Part shown: one piece after another, positions 37,393-48,100 of the stretch | How positions within the stretch are numbered: position 1 is the first letter of the stretch | How the letters are laid out: every line of letters begins with the position of its first letter | IMG/VR virus record: IMGVR_UViG_2871745582_000001 | Location: 30,410 to 94,409 of that record | Origin: a virus | Lineage: Duplodnaviria > Caudoviricetes | Strand: one strand, 5' to 3' | Length of the DNA: 64,000 nt | Translations under genes and position numbers: made by a program | Notes under the pieces: model-generated | Database searches by the model: none | Told to the model about the DNA's origin: nothing | The model's input: the letters and a program-made list of their open reading frames with translations, nothing else

Positions 37393-37880
37393 TATTTTTG
37401 ATGAATCAGCGGATTTTCATACTCACGAACCAGCATGGTGACAACACCTGCAGCCCTGAAAGCCCTTGCGACTTCAACTTTATCTTCCAGCGCAAACGCG
37501 ATACGGGATTTACCGATTTTTTCGAGCAAATCCACCTTAACCGGCGCGTCTGGACGATGATCGTCTTCGCCACGCATAAGCATCAGGAGCGGCTTCACCT
37601 TGATGTGCTCTGTTACCCAGGCGATGGTCTGTTTCAGGCAGATTTCACAGCGTCCGGTCACATAGGCGATGTCATAAATCTCGCTCAGCTGCTCCACCAG
37701 CGCGATGATCTCGCGAATGGGCTCATCCGAGTAGCAGGCAAGGTTAAACTCATCCCAGTCGCTGGTCAGGCTCCCTTTGCCGGGTGGTGGCAGCAGGTGA
37801 AGGCGGTTAACCGCCTCCGCCACTGTACCGTCAATATCGACAACGACAATTTTGCGTGTCGCGAGCGTGGCAGCAGTCAT
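37392..37880 (-). CDS. HAD-family phosphatase (polynucleotide 3'-phosphatase-like; P1 Pap-like)
   Basis: VVDIDGT, VTGR, MR..DD.RPD..VK, LEDK. Confidence 0.8.
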   Translation of the reverse strand: MTAATLATRKIVVVDIDGTVAEAVNRLHLLPPPGKGSLTSDWDEFNLACYSDEPIREIIALVEQLSEIYDIAYVTGRCEICLKQTIAWVTEHIKVKPLLMLMRGEDDHRPDAPVKVDLLEKIGKSRIAFALEDKVEVARAFRAAGVVTMLVREYENPLIHQK

Positions 37881-38185
37881 TATTCCGACGCGCTCTCCAG
37901 CTCTTCTTCTGCGGTTTCCGCCATGGTGTTGTTGACCAGGCCGCAGGTGAATTTGCTGAACAGGTTGCGAATGGTGTGCTTGTCTTCTTCGTCACCATAC
38001 ACTTTGTCGAAAACAATGCCGGTGGCGGCCAGGGCGCTGCCGGCGGTGCCGGTTGATTCGGTGCCGTCGGTCTGGGTCACGGTTGCCGTGTAGGCGCCGT
38101 TCTGGCCTTCCAGCTTAAACGCCTGACCGTCTTTTGACAGCCACCAGATCATTTCTTCCAGTTCAAGTCCTTTGTGGTTACGCAT
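37880..38185 (-). CDS. Hypothetical protein
   Basis: GAGG RBS; coupled to the next gene. Confidence 0.55.
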   Translation of the reverse strand: MRNHKGLELEEMIWWLSKDGQAFKLEGQNGAYTATVTQTDGTESTGTAGSALAATGIVFDKVYGDEEDKHTIRNLFSKFTCGLVNNTMAETAEEELESASE

Positions 38186-38197
38186 GGCAAGCCTCGT

Positions 38198-38746
38198 TTA
38201 GTTACGTTGAGTGATAATTTGATAGGATTTGCTCACCAGTTCCGCCTGATAAAGGGCGTCATTGAGAGCGTGATGTGCGCCTTTATTGGCGGGCACCAGC
38301 GCCTTTGGGTCAGTGCCTAAACTGCACGCCAGTGCAACGATGGTCCTGACGCAGCGATCGAGCCGGAAATGCACTGGCTGCCGGATCCCGGTCAGGCGAT
38401 ACGCCTCATCAAGGATGGCGTTATCAAAAGCCGGCCCGTTGCCCCACAGGCCGGTGCAGCTGTCGCCGATGAAGGCGGCAAAATCTTTAAGCGCGGTTTC
38501 GATGGAAACAGCATCAGGGCAATTAAGCACGGCCCGGGCGCTTTCCGTTTGCTCATTCCACCAGCGCATGGTATCGGCGTCTGTTTCCATGCCGAAGGCC
38601 AGGCAGCTGGCAATCCTGACGGTGCGATAAAACGTATCGGTAACGTGACCGGTTGCCATATCAAAGCGGACGGCGCCAATACTGACGATCGCCGCGCGCT
38701 TGTTCAGGCCTCCGGTTTCAATGTCTACGCTCACATTAGCGGACAT
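38198..38746 (-). CDS. DEDDh 3'-5' exonuclease/exoribonuclease
   Basis: VDIET, WGNGPAFD, RCVRT, HHALNDA. Confidence 0.85.
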   Translation of the reverse strand: MSANVSVDIETGGLNKRAAIVSIGAVRFDMATGHVTDTFYRTVRIASCLAFGMETDADTMRWWNEQTESARAVLNCPDAVSIETALKDFAAFIGDSCTGLWGNGPAFDNAILDEAYRLTGIRQPVHFRLDRCVRTIVALACSLGTDPKALVPANKGAHHALNDALYQAELVSKSYQIITQRN

Positions 38747-40007
38747 AGAAGTTCCCCCCATGGCGCCGCTCCCATGCGTTAACTTCCGCATAGCAGAGGT
38801 CAAGCAGGCGCTGGGCGTCTTCCGGCTGCAGAGCATGGCTGTTCACCAGGCCACCTTTGCGGTGATGGACTACGTCAAACAGGGAAAAGAGTTCGCGCTC
38901 GCTGAGGTATTCAGCCAGGTCTTCACTGATTGGCAAGTTGAGATCGGCGATCATGGTTTCTTTCGCCCACTCTACGCGGCGCACCAGCTCCGGCCGGCGG
39001 GACTCGGTTTCCGCCAGGATCAGCTCGTGGAAGAATTCGACCCACCCGTCTGGCTGATAGTTCGTGAACATTTCCATAGGCTGGATATTGGGCATCAGCC
39101 ACTCATTGATGCGGATATCCAGGGCGTAGCCCAGGTCGCAGCAAATCTGGAAAGCGAAATTGAGGCCCGAGACAATGTAGGGGCGATCGCTGTTGCTCTT
39201 TTTATCCGCCACGATGCCATAGGCAATGATGCGCGGCGTATACGTCAGTAAACCGTGCTCAGGATGCGGCACAGCCGAGACAAGCCTTTTGGACGAAATG
39301 CCAAACATCTCTTTCTGGAGAGTTTCGAAGCGAGTAAGCTCGCCCGCCAGCCGGGTTGCTTCCGCTTTCTGCTGTGCATAGCCAACGCGGGTGGTTGACA
39401 GCTCGCGCTCGGATTTTTTAAGTTTGGCCGACAGATCCTGCACTGACCGGCGCGCTTCGTTTCGCTCGTCCTGCGCGGTTTTGCAGCGCTTGTTCAGGCC
39501 ATGCGGATCGAGCTTCATAATCTCTTTGAAAGATTTATTGAGCGTTTCAAGCTGCTCGTTACGCAGCTGGATCATGGCCGCGCTCTCCATCACTTTATTT
39601 TCCAGCGCTGAAGCCTGACCTTCCGCAGCTGCCGCCCGCTGCTCTGACGCATAGGTAGCGTTACTGATTGCTTCCTGCTGCTCCAGCACCTGCTTATTCA
39701 GCTGTGCCTGCAGGTCGTTAACTTCAGCCTGCTTGAAACCCAGGCGGAGGTTAGCCTTCTCCAGCTCGTCAGCTAATTCGTTATAGGCATCGACCTCAGC
39801 ATTGCTGATATCAATGAGCTGTGCCGCCATTATGTCGAGTGATGACACGGCGTTATCAAAGAAGCGCGCAGTGAGATCATCACAGTTAACGCGGCGCTGC
39901 GCGCTCTGAATATTGAGCGTAGCGGCCGCGATGCCGGTTTTAATGGCATCGCCAAGGGACATCGGGGCAGAGAAATTTGATTGATTGCTTTCTGGCATGG
40001 CTGACAT
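38736..40007 (-). CDS. Coiled-coil protein (P1 PmgS-like)
   Basis: 423 aa, long heptad region; position after the pmg cluster. Confidence 0.6.
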   Translation of the reverse strand: MSAMPESNQSNFSAPMSLGDAIKTGIAAATLNIQSAQRRVNCDDLTARFFDNAVSSLDIMAAQLIDISNAEVDAYNELADELEKANLRLGFKQAEVNDLQAQLNKQVLEQQEAISNATYASEQRAAAAEGQASALENKVMESAAMIQLRNEQLETLNKSFKEIMKLDPHGLNKRCKTAQDERNEARRSVQDLSAKLKKSERELSTTRVGYAQQKAEATRLAGELTRFETLQKEMFGISSKRLVSAVPHPEHGLLTYTPRIIAYGIVADKKSNSDRPYIVSGLNFAFQICCDLGYALDIRINEWLMPNIQPMEMFTNYQPDGWVEFFHELILAETESRRPELVRRVEWAKETMIADLNLPISEDLAEYLSERELFSLFDVVHHRKGGLVNSHALQPEDAQRLLDLCYAEVNAWERRHGGNFYVR

Positions 40008-40010
40008 TCG

Positions 40011-40238
40011 TTAAATCCTCGTTTTTGCTTGCTCTTCCGTCATTTTCCCCATGTAGCTGTGGGCGAGGACAGTGCAGTCTGTATCCTGCCCTTCCCCCTG
40101 CGCGATGAGATACAGGCGAGCCATCGTCATCAGGCGATCGGGATAGCCAACAACGACACTCCGCGCGCCCGACGGCGTCAGCAGGCAGACATTATGAAAA
40201 TGAAGTTTTCTCGAAAAAAGCTTTGCGAACATTCTCAT
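40011..40238 (-). CDS. Hypothetical protein (PmgR-like)
   Basis: SYMGKMTEEQ C-terminus; operator-like pair upstream at 40245-40310. Confidence 0.55.
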   Translation of the reverse strand: MRMFAKLFSRKLHFHNVCLLTPSGARSVVVGYPDRLMTMARLYLIAQGEGQDTDCTVLAHSYMGKMTEEQAKTRI

Positions 40239-40310
40239 TCCTTTTTTGCTCTAATCAAGATGTGGCGATAATACACCACACCTTAATAAAATCAATTTTA
40301 TTAGAGTAAT

Positions 40311-41036
40311 TTATACAGAGTCTGTTTCGTCGGATGGCATTTCAGGCGGCGTATAGTCCAGCGCGCCGGGGATCCAGGGCTCTTTAACAACGCGCGGGCG
40401 CGGATTGCCATGGAAAATGACCATCCGGCAGTCGGCCGGCAGCGTGCCATCCCCTTTTGAATAGCGTGCCGTGGCGAACGGGCTGGAGCCCACTTTCAGG
40501 ATGTTCGCCTTATAGCTCTTGAACCAGTCGGGGAATATGTCGTTAAAGCATGGCGTATTGTCGCCCATGACTTTACGCAGAAAGCCCTGGTCCCCCCAGC
40601 ATTCAGTCGTGACGCATTTCTTCATCCAGCCTTTCGGGTCTTTCCAGAACGCGGTCCAGATTTTTTCCTTGTCGCGCGCCGGGATCCACATCACGGAGGA
40701 CATCAGGTATTGCGGGTGGTAGAAGTCACGCAGCATGGTGAAACTGGACGGCTGACTTTTCAGAATGGCCGTAATATCACCGGTAATGACCGTATCCAGA
40801 TCCAGGTAAAATAAATCGTCTTCAATATCCGGGCGAAACAGTTCGATTTTGGCCCACCAGCCGCGATTTTTACTCCAGTCATTGATGAGCGGAACGCGCT
40901 TCACGCGAGGCACACGGATTTGACGAAAATCGGTGAAGCAAAGCACCTCATACCCGGCAGGCAGCTGATTTACCAGCCATTCAACATCAGAAACGTCATA
41001 ATCACCGCCTGAGCGGAGCACTAATGCAATTTTCAT
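40311..41036 (-). CDS. GT-A fold glycosyltransferase-like protein (P1 PmgQ-like)
   Basis: [19 protein letters not shown] (DxD), SSVM, GDQGFL, FHGNPRP resemble GT8-like enzymes. Confidence 0.75.
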   Translation of the reverse strand: MKIALVLRSGGDYDVSDVEWLVNQLPAGYEVLCFTDFRQIRVPRVKRVPLINDWSKNRGWWAKIELFRPDIEDDLFYLDLDTVITGDITAILKSQPSSFTMLRDFYHPQYLMSSVMWIPARDKEKIWTAFWKDPKGWMKKCVTTECWGDQGFLRKVMGDNTPCFNDIFPDWFKSYKANILKVGSSPFATARYSKGDGTLPADCRMVIFHGNPRPRVVKEPWIPGALDYTPPEMPSDETDSV

Positions 41037-41718
41037 CGTTACTTCCCTGTAACTGGATAAGCGTAAGGTTGCCGCAGAATACGGCACCGGTATCTATGTA
41101 AAGCTGGTTGCTGAATCTGGCCGGTCGGTTAACCGGAGAATGGCCAAATACAAATAAATCGGCACCGGTTATCGCGGTGGACTTCCCGTCCAGCGCATCG
41201 CCGATACGCTCGCGATTCCAGATAACCTGGTGGTTTGAAAGCTGCTGGCCAAAAGCATAATGGGCAGCTGGATAATCTGCGTGCGCTATCACAACGCGCC
41301 GGTCACGCGTCTGCAGCTCGATAACGTGCGGCAGGTGCTTAACCAGCTCCATTAACGCGCGCGTCAGGATCTCTTTGTCCAGATCCTGACGGAAATACCA
41401 GTCGCCGCCGTTCGCCATCCAGTTCGCGACATCACCCGCGCCCAGCCCGTCTATCGCCATTTGCTCATGATTGCCACGCACGGCCCGGAACCAGGGCATC
41501 TGCAACAGCTCAAGACATTCCGCATTGTCCGGGCCGCGGTCGATCAGGTCGCCTACCGAGATCAGCAGATCGCAGGAGGGTTTAAACCCCACTTCGTCAA
41601 GCCGGTTCATCAGCAGGCGGTGACAGCCGTGAAGATCACCCACCGCCCAGATATGGCGGTATTTGTTGCCATTAACTGCCTGATAAAGAGTCGGAGGGAT
41701 CATGTGTTTTTCAGCCAC
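41002..41718 (-). CDS. ppp: Ser/Thr protein phosphatase (NinI/PphA-like)
   Basis: GDLHG, GDLIDRG, RGNHE, FGHSP, IDTG. Confidence 0.92.
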   Translation of the reverse strand: MAEKHMIPPTLYQAVNGNKYRHIWAVGDLHGCHRLLMNRLDEVGFKPSCDLLISVGDLIDRGPDNAECLELLQMPWFRAVRGNHEQMAIDGLGAGDVANWMANGGDWYFRQDLDKEILTRALMELVKHLPHVIELQTRDRRVVIAHADYPAAHYAFGQQLSNHQVIWNRERIGDALDGKSTAITGADLFVFGHSPVNRPARFSNQLYIDTGAVFCGNLTLIQLQGSNDENCISAPLRR

Positions 41719-42326
41719 TCTTTAAGCGTCATCTGAGGGATGCCGCCCATTTTGCCGCATGACACAACGTCAATCTGATCGCGGGCGGACTGGAAAAGTA
41801 ACGGCAGATGGCACAGCTCATTTGGTCGCCCGCCACTGTACGCGCGCGGCTCCCGCGTGGCGTCCACGCCCACCAGCGCGACATGCTTAAAGCCGATATG
41901 GTGCGCCAGATTAAGTGCGCCCCAGGCGCTGTTGCCATTGGCGATCTCGTTTTTGTTTTCGCACAGGCCATATTTGGCGCTCCATCGCCAGACCCACCAT
42001 TCAGGGGAACGCGCCGGCTCTGGCTCATCACCGCGCTCTGATACGCGGTTGAAATACCAGACGCCTTCTCGTTTATGGATTTCGGAGACGTCTTTTTCAG
42101 CGCAGCAATACTGGACTCCCCGGCGGCGGCGTCCGGCGGCCATGCGTCGCTTGTTGATAGCAGACTGGTCCAGGGTAAAAAAGAAAGACGCGCGGTCTAT
42201 CCAGTCAATAGCTCCGTTCACGGCGATGATCGGCACGCCTTTTGGGGCTTTGAAGCCGTATGCGCTGGGTCCGCTGGCTACGATAATGCAGCGATCGCCT
42301 CTTCCAGAGTTATCAAAGGGAAACAT
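41700..42326 (-). CDS. Rossmann-like putative sugar/nucleotide transferase (P1 PmgP-like)
   Basis: [25 protein letters not shown]. Confidence 0.65.
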   Translation of the reverse strand: MFPFDNSGRGDRCIIVASGPSAYGFKAPKGVPIIAVNGAIDWIDRASFFFTLDQSAINKRRMAAGRRRRGVQYCCAEKDVSEIHKREGVWYFNRVSERGDEPEPARSPEWWVWRWSAKYGLCENKNEIANGNSAWGALNLAHHIGFKHVALVGVDATREPRAYSGGRPNELCHLPLLFQSARDQIDVVSCGKMGGIPQMTLKEWLKNT

Positions 42327-42844
42327 TGCAGTTCTGTCCTCCTGCTTGCGTTTAAAATTGTCAGATCTTTGTGCTTTTCACGTTCCCGGCGGAAATGCAC
42401 CTGCCACTTGCCGGGCGAGGCTTCCGTTGGGTCTTTCAGCTGTCCGCTGTGACTGCCGTGCCAGTGCGCGCCCTGCTTCAGGGAGCAGTCATACCCGACG
42501 AGAATGATGCGAAGCGCCCCGAGCTCAGCGGCGAGGCTGATGGCCATGGCGCCGCTGTTAAACCCTTCTCCGCGCTCGATGTAGCGGCGGTATTCAAGGT
42601 CATACTTTTGCGACGCGACTTTGTTTGCACAGAAAAGCCGGAAGCGGCCGCGCGGCACCTGACTGCTGTACTCTTTCCACCAGCCCAGATCGCCTGCATA
42701 CAATGCGTAAGGCGCATTGAATAAGCGCCAGGTGTTATTTACCGCAATGACCCTGCAACCTGTGGCTTCGATAAGCGCACAATCTTCCGGCGTCAGTGAC
42801 GGACCGCTGGCAACACAGAAAATCGTGTCATTCTGCTGGCGCAT
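42278..42844 (-). CDS. Paralogous putative transferase (P1 PmgM-like)
   Basis: CVASGPSL, IAVN, FNSGAMAISLA, LVGYD, HWHG.H, ILNASR. Confidence 0.65.
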   Translation of the reverse strand: MRQQNDTIFCVASGPSLTPEDCALIEATGCRVIAVNNTWRLFNAPYALYAGDLGWWKEYSSQVPRGRFRLFCANKVASQKYDLEYRRYIERGEGFNSGAMAISLAAELGALRIILVGYDCSLKQGAHWHGSHSGQLKDPTEASPGKWQVHFRREREKHKDLTILNASRRTELQCFPLITLEEAIAALS

Positions 42845-43004
42845 CGACGATCTCAGCTTCCTCAGCCTCCTCGGATTCCAGGCGGACTTCCATCAGCGCG
42901 ACTTCGCTGTCTACGGCCTGATTGATCTCGCTTTCGCTTTTCAGCATGACTTTTTCAAGGATGGCTTCACGCGTCACGGCGTCTTTAGGGTGAGTCAGTG
43001 GCAT
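42828..43004 (-). CDS. Small acidic protein (PmgL-like), 58 aa
   Basis: Manual translation MPLTHPKDAVTREAILEKVMLKSESEINQAVDSEVALMEVRLESEEAEEAEIVDAPAE; AGGA RBS. Confidence 0.55.
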   Translation of the reverse strand: MPLTHPKDAVTREAILEKVMLKSESEINQAVDSEVALMEVRLESEEAEEAEIVDAPAE

Positions 43005-43037
43005 TTAAACGTCCTGTTAAGTTGTCCATGGGCACAG

Positions 43038-43056
43038 AGGTTAAGTCAGGTGCTTT
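43038..43056 (-). promoter_or_regulatory. Putative late promoter of the pmg/ppp operon
   Basis: AAAGCACCT-N4-TAACCT. Confidence 0.55.
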
Positions 43057-43090
43057 CATGCCTACTACTCTAATCAATAAATTAATTTTA

Positions 43091-43645
43091 TTAGAGTGTT
43101 TTCCATCTGGAATCGTTTAAATGTTGGTCAATATGCTGGTTTTGTTGAAGGGACATATATTCATTGATGGCGCTGATAGCCTGATCGGCCCCGTAGCAAA
43201 GAACGCAGTAGTAGCCCTGCTGAGCCAGCCTGTTCAGCCAGGTTATCTGCTCCTCTGTTGGCCCTCTTCCCTCGGGCTCTTTCAGCTCAATGCGCATGCC
43301 GTGATAAGCGCCTCGGGGGATATCAAGCGACATATCCGGATAGCCTTTCTTCTGGCCCTCCGCTTTCATCTTGCCGCCTGCTGTCTCTCCTCGCCAGCCC
43401 CCGTTAGGCGTGGCATGTAAGCACGCGTAGACTTCAGGAGCCCGGCGCTCAAAGTAGTCAAAAATGTAGACCTGCTCGTAATGCTCTTTGTTGCCCTTAA
43501 TCAGGTCGGGCTTTTTCACGAGCCTAGCGAGAGCCTGAGCGTGTGGAGAGATTACTGAAGGTGAAGGAATGGCCGCCGCGGCCTTTTTAGTCCGGCTTTT
43601 TCGCTCGCTGAAAAGCCGGAACTGATCCTCGGTGAAACGCAGCAT
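43091..43645 (-). CDS. VRR-NUC domain nuclease (P1 Lxr-like)
   Basis: EHYEQ, HATPNGG, GYPD, RIELK, PTEEQ..W. Confidence 0.8.
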   Translation of the reverse strand: MLRFTEDQFRLFSERKSRTKKAAAAIPSPSVISPHAQALARLVKKPDLIKGNKEHYEQVYIFDYFERRAPEVYACLHATPNGGWRGETAGGKMKAEGQKKGYPDMSLDIPRGAYHGMRIELKEPEGRGPTEEQITWLNRLAQQGYYCVLCYGADQAISAINEYMSLQQNQHIDQHLNDSRWKTL

Positions 43646-43890
43646 TAAGCGGGGTCGTTCAGGACTGACGGGCGCATGCCGAACTTCCGGCGCTCTGCAT
43701 CCATGCGCTTGCGATGATCCTGCACGCATTCCCTGTCGCAGTAGTTCTCTGCTTCAAGGGGTTCACCACAGTTATAACATTTTCCGGTAAAAGGAAGGTC
43801 TACAGAGCCCGCGCGACGGCGGATCTGGGTAATTGCCATTTCCTTCAGGTTTTCTTCCTGAACGGTCAGTAAATCCAGTTCATCAGCCAT
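43645..43890 (-). CDS. DksA/TraR-like C4 zinc-finger protein
   Basis: MADELD start; CYNCGEPL...YCDREC. Confidence 0.65.
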   Translation of the reverse strand: MADELDLLTVQEENLKEMAITQIRRRAGSVDLPFTGKCYNCGEPLEAENYCDRECVQDHRKRMDAERRKFGMRPSVLNDPA

Positions 43891-44406
43891 AATTGTCATC
43901 GTGCGCTACCCCGTCTCAGTTCACGCGCAGCATTCAGTTTCAGCATCGGGTTGTAGGTCTTTCCGTTATCTGCTGGTGCTGCGGGCTTGTTGGTGCGGCG
44001 GCGGCGGTTATGCTCGCGTCCAAAGTTAATATCGCGTTCAGCGATGTCCCATACGCGCATGGTATCCCTTGTTATTTGTCGGCTGGAGAAAACAGAAAAC
44101 GCCCTGCTATGGGCGTTTTTATCAATTTGTTAGAGCTATATTAGATACCATGTTTTGCAAAATCGTAGATTTTGAGCAAAAGAAACAGAACGGTAAAGGT
44201 AACGCAGAAGGCTTTGGCAGTGAAGGCGGTTACTTCAGCCGCGCCCGGGCGCGCTGAGCGGGTCTGTGCCATGTGCGGGCGTGACGCAACGAAATCTGTT
44301 TTCATAGTCTGGTATCCTGATTGATTGTTTTAGAGCCGCTAATGCGTGCGGCCACAATCTGAATATAACAGACCAGAAAAAAATTTCAAATTTATTAGAC
44401 CAAAAA

Positions 44407-44646
44407 TCAGGTCTGGTTTAGCAGCTCCGCATTCTCTTTAATGATGCGCTCCCACTGCTCGTAAGAGCGCGAGCGTACACCCTGCGGGACTTCTTTGTTG
44501 TCCAGATCCACAACTATCCGCGTCTGGTCCCCCTTCTTTAACTTCAGGCAGCGCTGCGCACCTTCCCGAAAAACAGTAACCCCAAACGGATCAGCGATTT
44601 TCTGAAGGTGCGACAGCGTTCCGTGTTTCAGGTTGCTGTCGCTCAT
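44407..44646 (-). CDS. lxc: C1 co-repressor Lxc
   Basis: KHGTL, REG, VPQGVR.R.YEQWE.II..NA.LLN match recalled P1 Lxc; lxc-ulx-darB synteny. Confidence 0.82.
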   Translation of the reverse strand: MSDSNLKHGTLSHLQKIADPFGVTVFREGAQRCLKLKKGDQTRIVVDLDNKEVPQGVRSRSYEQWERIIKENAELLNQT

Positions 44647-44656
44647 TACGTTCTCC

Positions 44657-45085
44657 TTACGGCCGGACTAAATCTTCAACTTCTTTATCCAGCGAATCGT
44701 ATTCATATTCTTCATCATCTGCCGCTGGCGTGACGGGCAAAAGATGGTAGGCAGAGTAAATCTGGCCGTTATCGAACCGCTCCTGACTGTACAGCGTCGC
44801 GGCTATCAGGGTCAGTGCCGGACGGGGGAAATGGTAGATATGTCGCACGTCCCGGTCGATGAGGCGGCCGAAATTGCCATAACCCGCATTGAGAAGCAAA
44901 CGCTTTATTTCAGGCCAGTAGGGGCCGTAGCTGCGGTACAGGCGCGGGCTTTTTAACAGCCGGTCCCTGAGCCCCTTGAGGAAGAAGTTTACATAATCTT
45001 CTTCGCTTTTTCCCTGTAGCGCGGTTTTTAACAAACCTTCCAGATAAATCGGATTCGGCTTGACGGTATCAGATAATGTCGCCAT
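44657..45085 (-). CDS. ulx: Ulx, DarB packaging helper
   Basis: MATLSDT.KPN, RLYRSYGPYWPEIK, RPALTLIAATLYS. Confidence 0.85.
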   Translation of the reverse strand: MATLSDTVKPNPIYLEGLLKTALQGKSEEDYVNFFLKGLRDRLLKSPRLYRSYGPYWPEIKRLLLNAGYGNFGRLIDRDVRHIYHFPRPALTLIAATLYSQERFDNGQIYSAYHLLPVTPAADDEEYEYDSLDKEVEDLVRP

Positions 45086-45115
45086 GTTTATTCGCCCGGC
45101 TTCCCGGGCGCTCCG

Positions 45116-48100
45116 TTATGCGTGTTTTTTCACGACCGCCAGGACATCCAGCGGGTTATGTTTGGTCTCGATAATCCACCAGTTGCCGGGAAAGTCAGCG
45201 TTCCTGGCTTTTGCGGGCAGCCACTTCGCGCCAAAGGCCGCTTTCAGCTCATCTTTAGCGAGGAACAGCGCGCCCTTAGTGCCTGATGCCTCCTGCAGCC
45301 CGAATACCTGGCCCGCGGCATATTTCGGCGCGTACATCATCTTGAGATCGGCTGTTGAAATACGGAAGTTAAGCCCCAGGGACTGCGCCTCCGCCACCGC
45401 GTCGCCCTGCGCGGTCGAGATGGCACTGGTTTCGTCAGCGACCGGCTGCGCTGCTGGCGCCGGGTCTGCCTCTGGCCCCGCCGTTTCGATACCCAGCGCT
45501 TCGTTGATGCGCGCTTTATCCGCTGCCTTTTGCTCTTCTGACCGGCCTGCTAACGCTTCTGACACGCCCACCAGCACGCTGACATAGCTGTTACGGCTGC
45601 TCAGCATTTCAGGCGTGACCGCTGTGATATCCACCAGGCCGGCCAGCACCAGGTCAGAAAACAGTGACACAAAATTCAGCGTGCTGACATTCTGTGTGCC
45701 GCCATAAAGCCCACTGACTTCCACGGTTTCACTGGTGGCATAGGTATCCATCATCTTTTTGCCATCATTAACGACGGCGCTGATCAGCGGCGTCAGGATG
45801 CCTTTATCCACGGCTCCGCGGATGGCGGCTACCCATGACTGAGTCTGCGACAGCACCGCCTGGCGCAGGTTGTCGCGGCGGGAGGCCTTGATCCTGAAGT
45901 TGGCATCGTCAATTGCCTGTTTGATGGCGTCCTGATTAGCATACTGTGCCGTCTGCCCCAGAGAGCTTTTGCGCAGCAGATATTCATCGTCACTGAACTC
46001 CGAGCGCCCATAGATGGCATTCATCACTTCATTTTCGGAATTTCCCTCGATGGTTGTCAGCTTGTACGTGGCCGGGCGGTTCGCCAGCGCTGTACTCACG
46101 CGATCCTGAAGCGCTTCAGGTGAAAGCGTTTCCGCATAGGAATAGACAGCCGTCATGTAATCCTGACCGTAGAGGGCTTTAAAGAACATTTCTCCGCCGG
46201 AAATGGCGTAGCTTTTCCCCTGACCCAGCATGCTCAGGATCCATTCGGCAACAGACGATTTAAGTGCCCCATCGTTCACGTCCGGGTAAACGGCCCGCTT
46301 CAGGTCGGCATCGCCGTAAATGCCTTGGGCTTCATATCCACCCGCGGCAACTGACAGCACAGCGGTTTTATCCGTGATCGCCACCAGCCCGCGGTTGAGG
46401 TAGTCATAAAACTGATCGCGAGACAGGATGTCGGCCACGCTGGCCACCGAGACGCCGCCATTGATTTTACCCAGCAGGGTAAGCTCATCAGGGGTGTAGT
46501 CTGTTTGCTCACTCATCAGGCCAAGCAGCGTTGAGCCATCTTTCATCCCTTTCGGGCTGTAAATGACCTCGTAACTGCCGCGCTTCTGGTCCAGGTCAAT
46601 AGTCTTCAGGCGAACAATGCTGCTGTTGTAGACATAGTAATTCCCCACCTTCCAGGCCTTATTCCCGTCAAAATAGTAGTCGCGGGCATGGCTGACAATA
46701 TCAGCGTCCAGATCCAGCAGGCCGCTGCTGATAGCATCTTCCACCTGCGGGCGAAGGCGCTTGATTTCGGACTCTGACTTCTTAACGCGGGCGAGAATGG
46801 CTTCTTTGATTTTCACGCTACGTCCCAGCATTTGTTTTTGCTCGATCGCGGACTTCAGCTGATAGCGATACTGCGCCAGCAGCGCGCGATCGGAGCTGTA
46901 CAGAGAGCCAAACTTCTGTTTCCAGTCATCGTTTGAGGCCTGCTTGTCCAGCACGTTTTTGCGGTTCCGCTCTACCGATTCGTTAGCCTTCTCCAGCGCG
47001 GCACGTTCCGATTCCAGTTGCTGCGTCAGCGCCACCACATCCACGGCGCTGGCGTGCTGGGCTTTGATATAGTTCTGCAGATCTACCCCAGCCTGCTCTT
47101 TACGGCGGGCCAGCTGCGCGGCTTTTGCGGCATCCATCTGCGTTTGCATCATGGCAAGGCGGGTGCCGTCATCCTTCGCGGTATACATCTGCATTTCGAT
47201 CATGTCGTTGGCGTCGGCGTTCTCCATAGTGGATTTGTCCGAGCGCAGAATATCGCTGATCCAGGTGGCTTTACGCTTGAGGGTTTTCAGGCGGTATTCA
47301 TCAAACGAGCCCTTGCCGCAATAGTAATGCACGCGAACGCTGGCGCGGCCTGAGCCGACGCGCGCGCCGCGCCCGTTTCGCTGAGCGATGCTGGCGGGCG
47401 TCCAGGGCAGCGTGAGGTGGTGAATATCCGTCGTGCCCTTGTGCAGGTTGATCCCCACTTCCGCCTTTTTGTTGCAGATGATGATGGGGGTGCGTCCCTC
47501 CTGGAAATCGGCCGCGATCTGCTCCAGCCCGCCGAGAGAGATTTCATTTTGCTGGGCGATGTACGCATCATAAAGCGCCATCTGATCGGTGTACTTCTGC
47601 AGCTGTGCTTCCGTCGGCTCGTCAGGTAACTCTTTTGGCGGCTTAACGGCCTTGAGTTTCTTACCTGTCTTGCCGGCGTCAGCCACGGTCTGCGCATTGA
47701 GAATGCCGATTTTGGCGGGATCGATGTCCAGCGCGTGCGCAATGATACGCTTCAGCTTCTGATGCTGCGTTTTTTCATCGGTAAAGATGATTTGCTTGCC
47801 CTGCGGAAAGAACTCTTTCAGGGTGGCAATCAGCTTTTCATATTTTGGCGTTACCGGGTGCGTGACGCGGCGCTCATCAATGCCGAATTTTGCCAGGCGC
47901 TTGTTCACCTCGTTTTCATACTGCTCGCGGACCTGCAGCTGGATAAAGCCTCCCTTATCCAGGAGCGAATACTCAACGCCGGCGGTTTCGGTTTCTTCGT
48001 CGTCTTCGCCTTCACTGCTGACCGTTTTAGGCAGGCTGTCCACCAGCTTCTGTACGGCGTCTTTGTATTCCGGCGGGAAGCGGTAGGTGATGCGGCGGTG

